20,000 nucleotides of DNA from an uncultured virus (IMG/VR IMGVR_UViG_3300042289_001232) (Duplodnaviria; Heunggongvirae; Uroviricota; Caudoviricetes): the IMG/VR virus record IMGVR_UViG_3300042289_001232; one strand, 5' to 3'. The notes beneath the pieces were generated by a model, which saw only the letters and a program-made list of their open reading frames with translations, made no database searches and was not told the DNA's origin. The position numbers and the translations under genes were made by a program. Position 1 is the first letter of the stretch. The number at the start of each line of letters is the position of its first letter. Below, piece after piece: positions 1 to 8,235 of the stretch.

Positions 1-1155
1 GATTGGTTGACATCAACATATCGAATATTCAAAAAGGCTTTTGATGATATATCAGAAACATTTCAAGGTGGTGGGTCTCTAATCTACAAGATATTCAAAT
101 CTTTTGGTCACTTGGCGGTCCTAGGGCTTGAGTACATTAAAAACAACATAATGTTAATTGTCAAAGGACTGTTTCAACTTGCAGTAGCCTTACCATTCAA
201 AATTGGTGTGTTTTTAGGTGAAACATTAATTCACATATCAAAAGTGATACGAGATACTATCGATATGGCTATCAATTGGTTTATAAACTGGATAAGTAGC
301 GGACAATGGCTAGGTGATATGAGGAATTTCGGTAATTGGATATGGAATGAATTAGTTGGTGTATTAGAAGATGCGATTAAAGGTCTTGCGGATGGTCTAG
401 GTGAACTCCCGATAGTTGGAGAATATATCAAACAGGCTATAGGTGGGGGATCTAAATCTGCTCCCCCGATGACACAAGAAGAAATGCTGTCAGGTGAAGA
501 AACAGGGATAGAAAGAACTTCAACTGAGATACTAGCAAGTAAAGATGCAGAGGCACAAAGAACTTCAACTGAGATACTAGCAAGTAAAGATGCAGAGGCA
601 CAAAGAACTTCAACTGAGATACTAGCAAGTAAAGATGCAGAGGCACAAAGAACTTCAACTGAGATAGCCAAAGAGTTTGGTGAAAAATTAAATGAAGATC
701 AAAAACGCAGAGATACTGCTGCTGTTATCACTTTAAATAAACTAATTGGAAACGCACAATCAAGTGAAGAAACCTTGTCGAAAATTAACAATATTTCATC
801 TACTACGGAGAGAATGGCGAGTTCATATGCCGCCGAAAATAGAAAAATGATGACGCATGAGGCCATGATTTTTAGATCATTCAATGCAATATCTAATACA
901 TCATCTAAAAATAGTTCTGCTATCAGTATTGAAGACTCCACAAAAATCAAAAACATATCAAAAGAATTGGTCCGTGAAGTGAAAACAAGTGAGAATTTTA
1001 ATGCAAGTAAAGGTAATTTGACAAGCGTAAATACGACTATGGTGAATAATAATACTTCTCCAGCACCACAGCCTGCTCTTATAGCACCTCAGCCACCGAG
1101 AAATACTGAGCCGACATATAGAAATATGATGTTTGCAGAAAATCCAGGATTCTGA
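1..1155 (+). CDS. 5'-truncated probable tail tape-measure / baseplate hub (gp29-like) protein, C-terminal part
   Basis: Frame is open from base 1 (GAT TGG TTG...). Amphipathic helical region with periodic W/F/G (INWFINWISSGQWLGDMRNFGNWIWNELVG), then a low-complexity S/T/N-rich tail ending in PAPQPALIAPQPPR, as in gp29-like proteins. Product is inference. Confidence 0.45.
   Translation, partial: DWLTSTYRIFKKAFDDISETFQGGGSLIYKIFKSFGHLAVLGLEYIKNNIMLIVKGLFQLAVALPFKIGVFLGETLIHISKVIRDTIDMAINWFINWISSGQWLGDMRNFGNWIWNELVGVLEDAIKGLADGLGELPIVGEYIKQAIGGGSKSAPPMTQEEMLSGEETGIERTSTEILASKDAEAQRTSTEILASKDAEAQRTSTEILASKDAEAQRTSTEIAKEFGEKLNEDQKRRDTAAVITLNKLIGNAQSSEETLSKINNISSTTERMASSYAAENRKMMTHEAMIFRSFNAISNTSSKNSSAISIEDSTKIKNISKELVREVKTSENFNASKGNLTSVNTTMVNNNTSPAPQPALIAPQPPRNTEPTYRNMMFAENPGF
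512..666 (+). repeat. Perfect in-frame 45-bp tandem repeat, ~3.4 copies (RTSTEILASKDAEAQ)
   Basis: Unit AAAGAACTTCAACTGAGATACTAGCAAGTAAAGATGCAGAGGCAC at 512, 557 and 602, plus a partial copy at 647-666, with no mismatches. Confidence 0.97.
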
Positions 1156-1171
1156 CATCATACATCCTAAA

Positions 1172-1202
1172 GGAAAAGAAACAGCCCCCTTTCGGGGGCT
1201 GT
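1172..1202 (-). terminator. Rho-independent terminator downstream of gp32
   Basis: Minus strand ACAGCCCCC-GAAA-GGGGGCTGT (9-bp stem, GNRA loop) followed by TTCTTTTCC. Confidence 0.9.
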
Positions 1203-1237
1203 CGGACCAAAGATGCGATCTTTAGTGGGGTTATGAG

Positions 1238-1244
1238 TATTTAT
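1238..1244 (-). promoter_or_regulatory. Putative gp55-type late promoter box ATAAATA at the gp32 stop codon
   Basis: Minus strand TGATAAATACTCAT. The 13-mer GATAAATACTCAT is identical to the site at 2703-2715. Confidence 0.45.
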
Positions 1245-2167
1245 CACTCATCATCTTCCGCTAACTTACGGAAGTATGAAAGTGCCTCAGATTCATCATC
1301 GTCATCAACAACATTCTTCTTTGCAGTAGTCTTCTTGGAAGACGATTCGGCAATCTGATTAGCCTTTCCCATCTTACTGCGGAAGTCCTCTGGCTCTGAA
1401 TCTTCTGCCTTTACAGATGCAGCAGAAGATGCCTTCGAAACCTGTGTAAATCTTGTCGAAAGTTCTTCATAAGATTTAAACTGATCTTCCGCAACAAATT
1501 CCTTAAGAGCGTATTCCTTCTTCCACAATGCTTCCAACTTAGAATCATCTCCCTCAAAGAGTGGAGCAGGAGCAGAGAAGCCACTCTTTTCGTAGGAAAC
1601 ATACCCTGAATCAATATGTGCCTTCAACTTAAAGTTGGCTCCCTTCCAAAAATCAAAAGGATTAAACTTAGGCTCATCGGGATCAGAGGGATTCATGGCT
1701 TCCTGCAACTTATCGAAGATCTTCTTACCATACTTAAAAAGAAAGACCTTTCCTTCATTGTCACGATTTGCGGGATCCGAAACAACAAGAATGTTGCTGA
1801 TATAAGATAACTTGCGTTTACGATCACGGGCAATCTTCTTGTTGGATTCGATGCCACTATTCCAAAGTTCATTGTTTGCCTCACAAACAGGACATTTGCG
1901 GCCAAGTGTCGTTGGACAATTTTCGATGAACCATCCCCCCTTGCCTTGGAATCCATGACTAAAAACCCGAATCATGGGAATCTCTTCGCCATCGGCTGCC
2001 GGAAGAAAACGAATCACAGCCATACCATTTCCACTCTTGTCTCGCTCAAGCGACCAGAAGCGATCATCCTTTTGGTAACCACCTTCCTTACCGCCCTGCT
2101 TTTCCATTTCCTTCTGTAGTCTATCTAAACCAGTCTGTGCGCTCTTTTTTAGATTTGCAAATGACAT
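1244..2167 (-). CDS. gp32: Single-stranded DNA-binding protein (T4 gp32 family)
   Basis: MSFANLKK N-terminus, DDRFW, AVIRFLPA, HGFQG..WFIENCPTTLGRKCPVCE (Zn ligands), KYGKKIFDK, FDFWKGANFKLK, acidic C-terminus. SD AAGGAG upstream. Confidence 0.97.
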   Translation of the reverse strand: MSFANLKKSAQTGLDRLQKEMEKQGGKEGGYQKDDRFWSLERDKSGNGMAVIRFLPAADGEEIPMIRVFSHGFQGKGGWFIENCPTTLGRKCPVCEANNELWNSGIESNKKIARDRKRKLSYISNILVVSDPANRDNEGKVFLFKYGKKIFDKLQEAMNPSDPDEPKFNPFDFWKGANFKLKAHIDSGYVSYEKSGFSAPAPLFEGDDSKLEALWKKEYALKEFVAEDQFKSYEELSTRFTQVSKASSAASVKAEDSEPEDFRSKMGKANQIAESSSKKTTAKKNVVDDDDESEALSYFRKLAEDDE

Positions 2168-2205
2168 TGTATCTCCTTGTATTTTAAGTGTAACGATGTG
2201 TTTGA

Positions 2206-2233
2206 ATTGTAACTACGATATCACATTAGTCAA
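2206..2233 (-). promoter_or_regulatory. Sigma70-like promoter for gp32 (TTGACT-N16-TACAAT)
   Basis: Near-consensus -35/-10 spanning the gp33 stop and the gp33-gp32 gap, ending 38 nt before the gp32 ATG. Confidence 0.75.
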
Positions 2234-2465
2234 GAGGTAACTTCGTGGTTTTTCTTTTCCCACGAACCATGTTCAATAATTCAAATTCACTTTTAAGTTT
2301 CTCACGAATCGGCTTCGATAACAACTTCGCTGCTGATTCAGGTTCAATACCATACTTCTCACATAAATCGATAATTGATTCCATATACTTTCCACTCATT
2401 CTTGATCGAGTGAGTAACTCCACTTCCTTTGAAAAATCGTGGTCGATGTTCATTATTGATCCCAT
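2226..2465 (-). CDS. gp33: Late promoter transcription co-activator (T4 gp33 family)
   Basis: FSKEVE...YMESIIDLCEKYGIEPESAAKLLSKPIREKLKSE...LNM...KLPL matches the gp33 pattern. Located just upstream of gp32. Confidence 0.9.
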   Translation of the reverse strand: MGSIMNIDHDFSKEVELLTRSRMSGKYMESIIDLCEKYGIEPESAAKLLSKPIREKLKSEFELLNMVRGKRKTTKLPLD

Positions 2466-2678
2466 TCAGATTCCTCCTTCCTCTTGAATATCTTCCTGTA
2501 TGGGCATAGTTTCGATTTTCTGAACCCACCGAAAAACTCCCTTTTCAAATTCCTCATGTGTCAAAAGAAGACCAAGTTGCTCCCCTTTCTCGGTCATAAA
2601 TCTAACACAATGATACTTTTCCATCTTTGGTGGCGGTGATGGTTCAATTGATTTGAACAGTCGCTTTATGAATTTCAT
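2466..2678 (-). CDS. Hypothetical protein (70 aa)
   Basis: AGGAGA SD before the ATG. Abuts gp33 and is preceded by a late-box-like ATAAATA at 2708-2714. Confidence 0.7.
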   Translation of the reverse strand: MKFIKRLFKSIEPSPPPKMEKYHCVRFMTEKGEQLGLLLTHEEFEKGVFRWVQKIETMPIQEDIQEEGGI

Positions 2679-3324
2679 TTGCTATCTCCTGCACATCTTT
2701 AAATGAGTATTTATCCCAATAAGTCTTGATCACTTCGAACATGGACTTTTTATAGTCCAATGGATCTTCAACAAACTCTTGCAATGTTCCATCGTCAGTA
2801 ACAATCAAAACGACAACCCTCTCAATCAAATCCTCTTTCTCATGAGATTGATTCCACATATATGCATATGCAGTTGTCTGATGAAAATAATTAAGAATCT
2901 GATCTTTAGTCTTGTCTTTGCCTGCTGTTTTAAAATCAACTACAGCCAACTTGCCATCGTATTCTGCAATACAATCTACTCTTCCTGCAAGGAGAATATT
3001 GTCCGACCACATTGGAATTTCGATTGCTCGGATGCTAGTAATTTTATCTAGACAAGGCTTCAGTAAATCAAACTTCATCCTATCAAATGGATCTTTTGGT
3101 ACTATCTTCTCACCAAGATAATCTTCCATCACTTGATGTAGACGATTACCTCTTGCTAATGCTTTTTTTGAAATGGCAAGATTTTGCGGATTTTTCCTCC
3201 ACTCTCGCCAAAAGTCTTCCATTTCATGGTTGACAACTGTGGTAACCGATGGATACCAACGAAGAGTTGTTGGGGATTGATAGTATCTACCTTTACCCTC
3301 TAATTCGACAGATTTCAACTTCAT
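2644..3324 (-). CDS. PD-(D/E)XK (RecB/Cas4-like) exonuclease of T4-like phages
   Basis: YPSVTTV, RGNRLH, E-x-P, AGRVDCIAE, VVDFKT and Q-x-x-AY motifs. Confidence 0.9.
   Translation of the reverse strand: MKLKSVELEGKGRYYQSPTTLRWYPSVTTVVNHEMEDFWREWRKNPQNLAISKKALARGNRLHQVMEDYLGEKIVPKDPFDRMKFDLLKPCLDKITSIRAIEIPMWSDNILLAGRVDCIAEYDGKLAVVDFKTAGKDKTKDQILNYFHQTTAYAYMWNQSHEKEDLIERVVVLIVTDDGTLQEFVEDPLDYKKSMFEVIKTYWDKYSFKDVQEIANEIHKATVQIN
2708..2714 (-). promoter_or_regulatory. Putative late promoter box ATAAATA inside the exonuclease 3' end
   Basis: GATAAATACTCAT about 30 nt upstream of the SD-bearing 70-aa ORF. Confidence 0.45.
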
Positions 3325-3327
3325 TGC

Positions 3328-3585
3328 TTAATAGTCACGCATTTTATGCCGTGGGTGCGCTTTCTTTATTTTAGATAAAACTTCCTTGAAACCGTTATCC
3401 ACCTTGCCTACGCTACCAACCCGAATAGGGTCGCAAGCAGATGGAGCCTCTTTAATGATCTGTTCTACTTTCTTCTGACCACATTTTTCACAAGGCTTTT
3501 TGGTTGGCTTCTTGCGATCATCAATACGAAGCATCTCTTCGAATTCATGGTTGCAAGCCCTACAGATGTAGTCATAGAATGGCAT
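3328..3585 (-). CDS. FmdB-family zinc-ribbon protein
   Basis: MPFYDYICRACNHEFE...PCEKCG (CxxC..CxxC) and GFKEVLSKIKKAHP, the form typical of T4-like phages. Confidence 0.88.
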   Translation of the reverse strand: MPFYDYICRACNHEFEEMLRIDDRKKPTKKPCEKCGQKKVEQIIKEAPSACDPIRVGSVGKVDNGFKEVLSKIKKAHPRHKMRDY

Positions 3586-3596
3586 AGTACTAGTTG

Positions 3597-3603
3597 TATT
3601 TAG
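3597..3603 (-). promoter_or_regulatory. Late promoter box CTAAATA
   Basis: Overlaps the TAA of the upstream ORF and lies 11 nt before the FmdB ATG. Confidence 0.7.
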
Positions 3604-3830
3604 TCAACATCTGAATCGGAATTTGATGGACTTCCCTTAGCCGTCGTAATCGGTTGAACATCACTACTCTTAACCCAAAAGAATTCCGGCCCCCACTCTC
3701 GGGAATAAGTGCTAACGAAATACTGCGTCCCCCAAACGGGGTCTTCTTCGACCTTGCGAACGGTCGCAACCTTATCCAGCGAGTTAACATAAACCTTCTG
3801 AGGAACAACGCCCTGATGATTCTTAGACAT
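3600..3830 (-). CDS. Hypothetical protein (76 aa, possibly a small beta-barrel)
   Basis: ATG with an AGGA-like SD. First gene after the leftward promoter and co-oriented with the operon. Confidence 0.65.
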   Translation of the reverse strand: MSKNHQGVVPQKVYVNSLDKVATVRKVEEDPVWGTQYFVSTYSREWGPEFFWVKSSDVQPITTAKGSPSNSDSDVD

Positions 3831-3894
3831 TTTCTATCCTATTTTCTATCTTGAAACTTTACGACATCCCAACATCCAAATTGGGATTTCATGT

Positions 3895-3923
3895 AATATA
3901 CACCCATATTTAATCCTTGTCAA
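3895..3923 (-). promoter_or_regulatory. Leftward sigma70-like promoter (TTGACA-N17-TATATT)
   Basis: Perfect -35, back-to-back with the rnh promoter. Confidence 0.75.
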
Positions 3924-3926
3924 GTC

Positions 3927-3954
3927 TTGACAACTTAAGTTTTGTCTGTATACT
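3927..3954 (+). promoter_or_regulatory. Rightward sigma70-like promoter (TTGACA-N16-TATACT) for rnh
   Basis: Perfect -35 and near-perfect -10. ATG follows 7 nt after the -10. Confidence 0.8.
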
Positions 3955-3961
3955 ATTCAGT

Positions 3962-4801
3962 ATGATCCTTTTGGACATGAACCAAATCACTATTGCCAAC
4001 TTGATGGCTGAGTCAAAGGGTAAGCCCAATATGGATATTGGTCTTATTCGTCATATGGTGGTCAATAGTATTAGACTTATCAGACTTAGGTTCTCAAGTG
4101 AATACGGTGAACCTGTTTTGTGTTATGACTCCCGTGTACGGGCGTGGCGCAAGGATATCTTTCCACAATACAAGGCCAATCGAAAAAAGGTTAGGGAAGA
4201 GTCCGATATTAACTGGGATCAGTTATGGGACATTCTGCGTCAGATCAAAAAAGAGTTGAAGGATGTCTTCCCCTATAAACTGATGGAAGTTGATTCGTGT
4301 GAAGGTGATGACATCATTGCAGTCCTTTCAAAGAATCTTGAAGGGAAGCATCTGATTGTATCGTCAGACCATGACTTCTTCCAACTACAGAGCCTGCCGA
4401 ATGTGAAGCAATGGTGTCCTCGGACGAAAGAATTCATCGTCTGCAAAAATCCTAGAGAGGAACTTATACGCCATATCATGAAGGGAGATAGTGGCGATGG
4501 AGTTCCCAATTTCCTATCGGACGATTCTGTTTTTGTCGAAAGTAAACGACAAAAACCTATTTACGAGAAGAAACTTGTCGAATGGATTCAGGTTCCGCTA
4601 AATACATTCTGCACAGATGAAATGCTTCGCAACTACGAACGCAATAAGACGATGATCGATTTTTCACGAATTCCGGATAGAATTGAAACCGCAATTATGC
4701 GTGAATTCGAAGTCCCCTCTGAAGGCAATCGATCAAAGATATTACCATATATGATAGAAAACAATATGCGTTTGCTTATTGAACACTTACAGGAGTTTTA
4801 A
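3962..4801 (+). CDS. rnh: T4 RNase H-family 5'-3' exonuclease / flap nuclease
   Basis: MILLDMNQI, WRKDIFPQYKANRK, EGDDIIA, IVSSDHDFFQL, KGDSGDGVPN and NYERNKTMID motifs. Start moved from TTG 3917 (inside the promoter) to ATG 3962. Confidence 0.95.
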   Translation: MILLDMNQITIANLMAESKGKPNMDIGLIRHMVVNSIRLIRLRFSSEYGEPVLCYDSRVRAWRKDIFPQYKANRKKVREESDINWDQLWDILRQIKKELKDVFPYKLMEVDSCEGDDIIAVLSKNLEGKHLIVSSDHDFFQLQSLPNVKQWCPRTKEFIVCKNPREELIRHIMKGDSGDGVPNFLSDDSVFVESKRQKPIYEKKLVEWIQVPLNTFCTDEMLRNYERNKTMIDFSRIPDRIETAIMREFEVPSEGNRSKILPYMIENNMRLLIEHLQEF

Positions 4802-4803
4802 AC

Positions 4804-5241
4804 ATGTCAGCGAATTTAACTATTGCAGAAATTCTAATTGATATTAAGAACAAGGCCAAAGGACCGCAAGATATTGTTCGTGGTCTTCAAGCAAATAACA
4901 CAATAGCCATGCGAGAACTGTTGAAATATGCATTCGATGGAACTTCTTGGTATAGAAAGACCCTACCGGATTTCACCGAAGACGGCAGTCCTGATGGATT
5001 AGCACCATCTTCGCTTTGGGCTGAAGTTCGAAGACTTTACATTTTCAAAGAAGAATACAACCTTTCCGCTAAACGAAAGGATGAAATCCTGATTCAGATT
5101 CTTGAATCCATTTCCAAAAAGGAAACGGAAATGCTCAAGTCTATGTTTGAGGGATCTTTCAAGTATTCATACGGAATCGATAAAGAAATGGTTGAAAAGG
5201 CTTTCCCTAAAATCTACACAACGAGATCTTTGGCCGTATGA
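4804..5241 (+). CDS. Conserved T4-like phage hypothetical protein (DUF6433-like)
   Basis: IAEIL..., LQANNTIAMRELLKYAFD, LWAEVRRLYIF, KRKDEILIQILES and VEKAFP pattern. Commonly follows rnh. Family name is from recall. Confidence 0.7.
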   Translation: MSANLTIAEILIDIKNKAKGPQDIVRGLQANNTIAMRELLKYAFDGTSWYRKTLPDFTEDGSPDGLAPSSLWAEVRRLYIFKEEYNLSAKRKDEILIQILESISKKETEMLKSMFEGSFKYSYGIDKEMVEKAFPKIYTTRSLAV

Positions 5242-5783
5242 TTAGCCCATTTGGCTAAGTAAAACGAGTCAACCACATCTGAAACTGGACTGATGCAGTC
5301 CTTGGCATTAGGGGTCATCTCTTTCATGAGATCGACCCCTGTGTCTTTAATGAAGTGAGCATGCATGATGTCTTTATTAGAATTGCCTTTACCTGTAGCA
5401 AATTTCTTTAAAGATGTTGGTGCTATTGTCTCAAACTTGAAACCCTCACTCCACAGTTTGTGTTTCAACAAGCCGCAATTTTCTGCTATGTGGAAAACTT
5501 TACCTTTAGACCCCATGGCATAATCCTCTATCACGATTTTAGCACGAACATCATCAATACAAGCCATCGCCCATTCTGAAATATCATGAAATCTATGCTC
5601 TTGAGTTTTCCATAATTCCTTGTGCGGGTCTCCAACTATACTAATCTTACCCATTAAAGTTTGAAATTGATATTCTTTCACATGTCGTGAAGATGAAGTC
5701 AAGTATCTCACAGACCACTCCTCACCATCAAATAAACAGATGGCTGGAGAAGTCATAGAATAATCTATTCCATAAACTCTCAT
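5214..5783 (-). CDS. RuvC-like Holliday junction resolvase
   Basis: GIDYS, VIEDY, LKKFATGKGNSNKDIM and DVVDSFY give the RuvC/RNase H-fold acidic tetrad and the KK..TG.G motif. Likely start is ATG 5783 (MRVYGID). Confidence 0.85.
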   Translation of the reverse strand: MRVYGIDYSMTSPAICLFDGEEWSVRYLTSSSRHVKEYQFQTLMGKISIVGDPHKELWKTQEHRFHDISEWAMACIDDVRAKIVIEDYAMGSKGKVFHIAENCGLLKHKLWSEGFKFETIAPTSLKKFATGKGNSNKDIMHAHFIKDTGVDLMKEMTPNAKDCISPVSDVVDSFYLAKWANHTAKDLVV

Positions 5784-5794
5784 ATTATTATGTA

Positions 5795-5822
5795 TTGACA
5801 TTTCAAGATTTTAGGATACAAT
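5795..5822 (+). promoter_or_regulatory. Sigma70-like promoter (TTGACA-N16-TACAAT) for uvsY
   Basis: Near-perfect consensus. ATG follows 7 nt after the -10. Confidence 0.8.
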
Positions 5823-5829
5823 TTACGCA

Positions 5830-6267
5830 ATGAATATTGAAAGAATCCGTGAAATGGCCGAAACCGACCTGAAAATGGACGGAACTGAACTTGCAGACGA
5901 ATCCGTTCGAATTCCTCAACTGCATGGAAAGTATCTCAATATTTTCCACGACGAATCTCTCGTACTGAGAAAGTATGAGGCTGATTACAAAATTCTTCGA
6001 AGACAGAAATGGGAGTACTATTCGGGCAAGATGTCAAAAGACGAACTTACCGCTTTAGATTGGGAGCAGTTTGACCACAGAATTCTTCGGCAAGATATGG
6101 ATGTTTATCTTGATTCAGATGCTGATTTGATCAAGATCCAAACGAAAATTGACATGCAAAAACAAAAAGTTGACTATCTAGATTCTATTCTCAAAGGAAT
6201 CAACAATCGTCAATGGGTCATTCGCAACGCCATTGAGTGGCGTAAGTTCATGTCTGGTGTAACCTAA
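5830..6267 (+). CDS. uvsY: Recombination mediator UvsY
   Basis: DLKMD..LADES.RIPQLHGKY, KWEYYSGK, YLDSDADL, INNRQWVIRNAIEWRKF. Confidence 0.95.
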   Translation: MNIERIREMAETDLKMDGTELADESVRIPQLHGKYLNIFHDESLVLRKYEADYKILRRQKWEYYSGKMSKDELTALDWEQFDHRILRQDMDVYLDSDADLIKIQTKIDMQKQKVDYLDSILKGINNRQWVIRNAIEWRKFMSGVT

Positions 6268-6270
6268 ATA
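6264..6270 (+). promoter_or_regulatory. Late promoter box CTAAATA for uvsW
   Basis: Contains the uvsY TAA. The uvsW ATG is 7 nt downstream. Confidence 0.7.
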
Positions 6271-6277
6271 CGAATGA

Positions 6278-7801
6278 ATGAATGTGATAGGTGTTCGTCA
6301 TGTAAACTCTGCGTTTATCCGTGTCCTTGCAGACAATGGAATCGCATATGAGTTGCAAGACTATTTTACTTATGATGTTCCAGGTGCTAAGTTCACTCCT
6401 GCCTTTAAGAACAAGTACTGGGATGGTAAAATCAGGCTATTCAACGCACACTCGGGACTTCTTCCTGCGGGACTAATTGAATACCTTGCTTCATTCTCGC
6501 AGCAGCGTGGGTACACAATGGAAGTGGACTCACTACTAGCAAGTCCCGAAATCAAAATAAATTGCGAAAAGGCCAAAGATTTTATCAGGAGTCTCAAACC
6601 CAAAGCAGGAGACCAACCTCTTGATCCACATGACCACCAAGTAGATGCGTTTTGTCACGCTATCAATAAGTCTCGTTGTGTGCTTCTGTCTCCAACTGCT
6701 AGTGGTAAGAGTCTAATCATCTATAGTCTATGCCGCTACTACCAAAATGTAATTAATCCGTCGAGAAAGATACTCATAGTTGTTCCCACAATCTCGCTAG
6801 TTGCACAGATGTATGCAGACTTTGATGACTATTCAAAAAACTCGGGATGGGAAGTTCACAAAAACTGTCACAAAATTCATGGTGGTGTGGCTAAACTAAC
6901 AGATCGTCAGATAGTCATTTCCACATGGCAATCTATTTACAAAATGCCCCGTGCTTGGTTTGACAATTTTGAGGTTGTTATAGGCGACGAAGCACATCTA
7001 TTCAAGTCTCAATCACTAACAACTATCATGAACAAGTTGGTTGATTGCCCCTACAGAATTGCTCTCACGGGAACACTCGACGGAACGAAAATCCACAAGT
7101 TGTGCATCGAAGGTTTATTTGGACCTGTCAACAAAGTTGTATCCACAAAAGAACTCATGGAGAGGGAACTGTTAACGGCGTTGAAGATCGAATGCGTACT
7201 GTTCAAATATCCACAAGAGATTCGTGAAGCCTTAAGGGGTCTAGATTATCAACATGAAATTGATTGGATTGTCAACTGTGAAAAACGCAATTTCATGATC
7301 TCTAAACTCGCAACATCCGTAAGAGGCAACACTCTTGTTCTGTTTCAGTATGTCGAGAAACACGGTAAGCCTCTATATGAGATGATTCGTAAGATGGCTC
7401 CTATTGAAATAGAAAACCGTAAAGTGTTTTTCGTAGCAGGAGAAACTGATGTGGATGACCGTGAGCAAATTCGCCACATTGTAGAAAAAGAAGACAATGC
7501 AATTATTGTTGCTTCATATGGGACATTTTCTACAGGGATTAATATCAAGTCTCTGAAAAATTTGATCTTCGCTAGTCCATCCAAGAGTAGGATTCGAATC
7601 CTTCAGAGCATCGGTAGACAACTTCGCAAATCAGAAAACAAAGATATAGCAAAGTTATACGATATAGCAGACGATTTACATTGGGAAGATGAAGTAAACT
7701 ATACCTTCAAACATTTCTTATCACGAATGAAATTATACGACGAAGAAGGATTCCCGTACAAAATTGTTAAGTTGCCTGTTTATGGAAAGGACAAACCATG
7801 A
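6278..7801 (+). CDS. uvsW: SF2 DNA/RNA helicase UvsW
   Basis: WDGKIRLF, Walker A SPTASGKS, DEAH, LTGTL, ASYGTFSTGINI and QSIGRQLR motifs. Confidence 0.97.
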   Translation: MNVIGVRHVNSAFIRVLADNGIAYELQDYFTYDVPGAKFTPAFKNKYWDGKIRLFNAHSGLLPAGLIEYLASFSQQRGYTMEVDSLLASPEIKINCEKAKDFIRSLKPKAGDQPLDPHDHQVDAFCHAINKSRCVLLSPTASGKSLIIYSLCRYYQNVINPSRKILIVVPTISLVAQMYADFDDYSKNSGWEVHKNCHKIHGGVAKLTDRQIVISTWQSIYKMPRAWFDNFEVVIGDEAHLFKSQSLTTIMNKLVDCPYRIALTGTLDGTKIHKLCIEGLFGPVNKVVSTKELMERELLTALKIECVLFKYPQEIREALRGLDYQHEIDWIVNCEKRNFMISKLATSVRGNTLVLFQYVEKHGKPLYEMIRKMAPIEIENRKVFFVAGETDVDDREQIRHIVEKEDNAIIVASYGTFSTGINIKSLKNLIFASPSKSRIRILQSIGRQLRKSENKDIAKLYDIADDLHWEDEVNYTFKHFLSRMKLYDEEGFPYKIVKLPVYGKDKP

Positions 7802-8163
7802 TGTATCCAATCAGGATTGTTCGACTTGTGAACAATGAAACTGTTATTTGCGGAATATCTAAGACAGGTTCTGTCTATCAACTTGAGAGGCCAATGACCA
7901 TTTCATTTGTCACTCCTATGTCGAAGACTGGTAAACCCGGTGAGCCAATGATGTTACTCAAACCGTGGATGGAATTTTCAAAAGATGAGATGTTTATCAT
8001 TCCTGAAAGTGTAGTAGTTTGTGTCTCTAATCCTTACAATGATGTTCTCAAAGACTACAACGATGCTAAGATTAAATTTGACCTATTTAACGCAAATGAA
8101 GATCTTGAGGATGCAAAAGATGATTTCTTTGATGATGAAGAAGATGACGAAGAATTCGCCTAG
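7798..8163 (+). CDS. Sm-like-fold phage protein with acidic tail
   Basis: IRIVRLVNNETVI...LERP...LKPWM.FS...IP...P...YN pattern. ATGA-coupled to uvsW and visibly similar to 11806-12111. Confidence 0.65.
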   Translation: MMYPIRIVRLVNNETVICGISKTGSVYQLERPMTISFVTPMSKTGKPGEPMMLLKPWMEFSKDEMFIIPESVVVCVSNPYNDVLKDYNDAKIKFDLFNANEDLEDAKDDFFDDEEDDEEFA

Positions 8164-8235
8164 TACTATAAGTACTCTATTACACTATATCTTACTCAAT
8201 AGGGTAATTTAGTACTATAGTAACTTAAGTACTCT
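8161..8235. repeat. Cluster of AGTACT palindromes in an AT-rich intergenic region
   Basis: AGTACT at 8162, 8171, 8211 and 8228. Direct repeats TAGTACTATA (8161, 8210) and TAAGTACTCT (8169, 8226). Confidence 0.8.

Noticed and set aside
512..666. CRISPR array
   Set aside because: The units are contiguous with no unique spacers and are in frame within a CDS.
2644..3324. Cas4 as part of a CRISPR-Cas locus
   Set aside because: No Fe-S cysteine cluster, no other cas genes and no array. This is the common stand-alone phage exonuclease.
3917..3961. N-terminal extension of rnh from TTG 3917
   Set aside because: It overlaps the promoter elements, and the family-like sequence starts at MILLD (3962).
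4598..4604. CTAAATA inside rnh as a late promoter for the next gene
   Set aside because: It lies about 200 nt from the next start, unlike the other boxes, and could be chance in AT-rich DNA.
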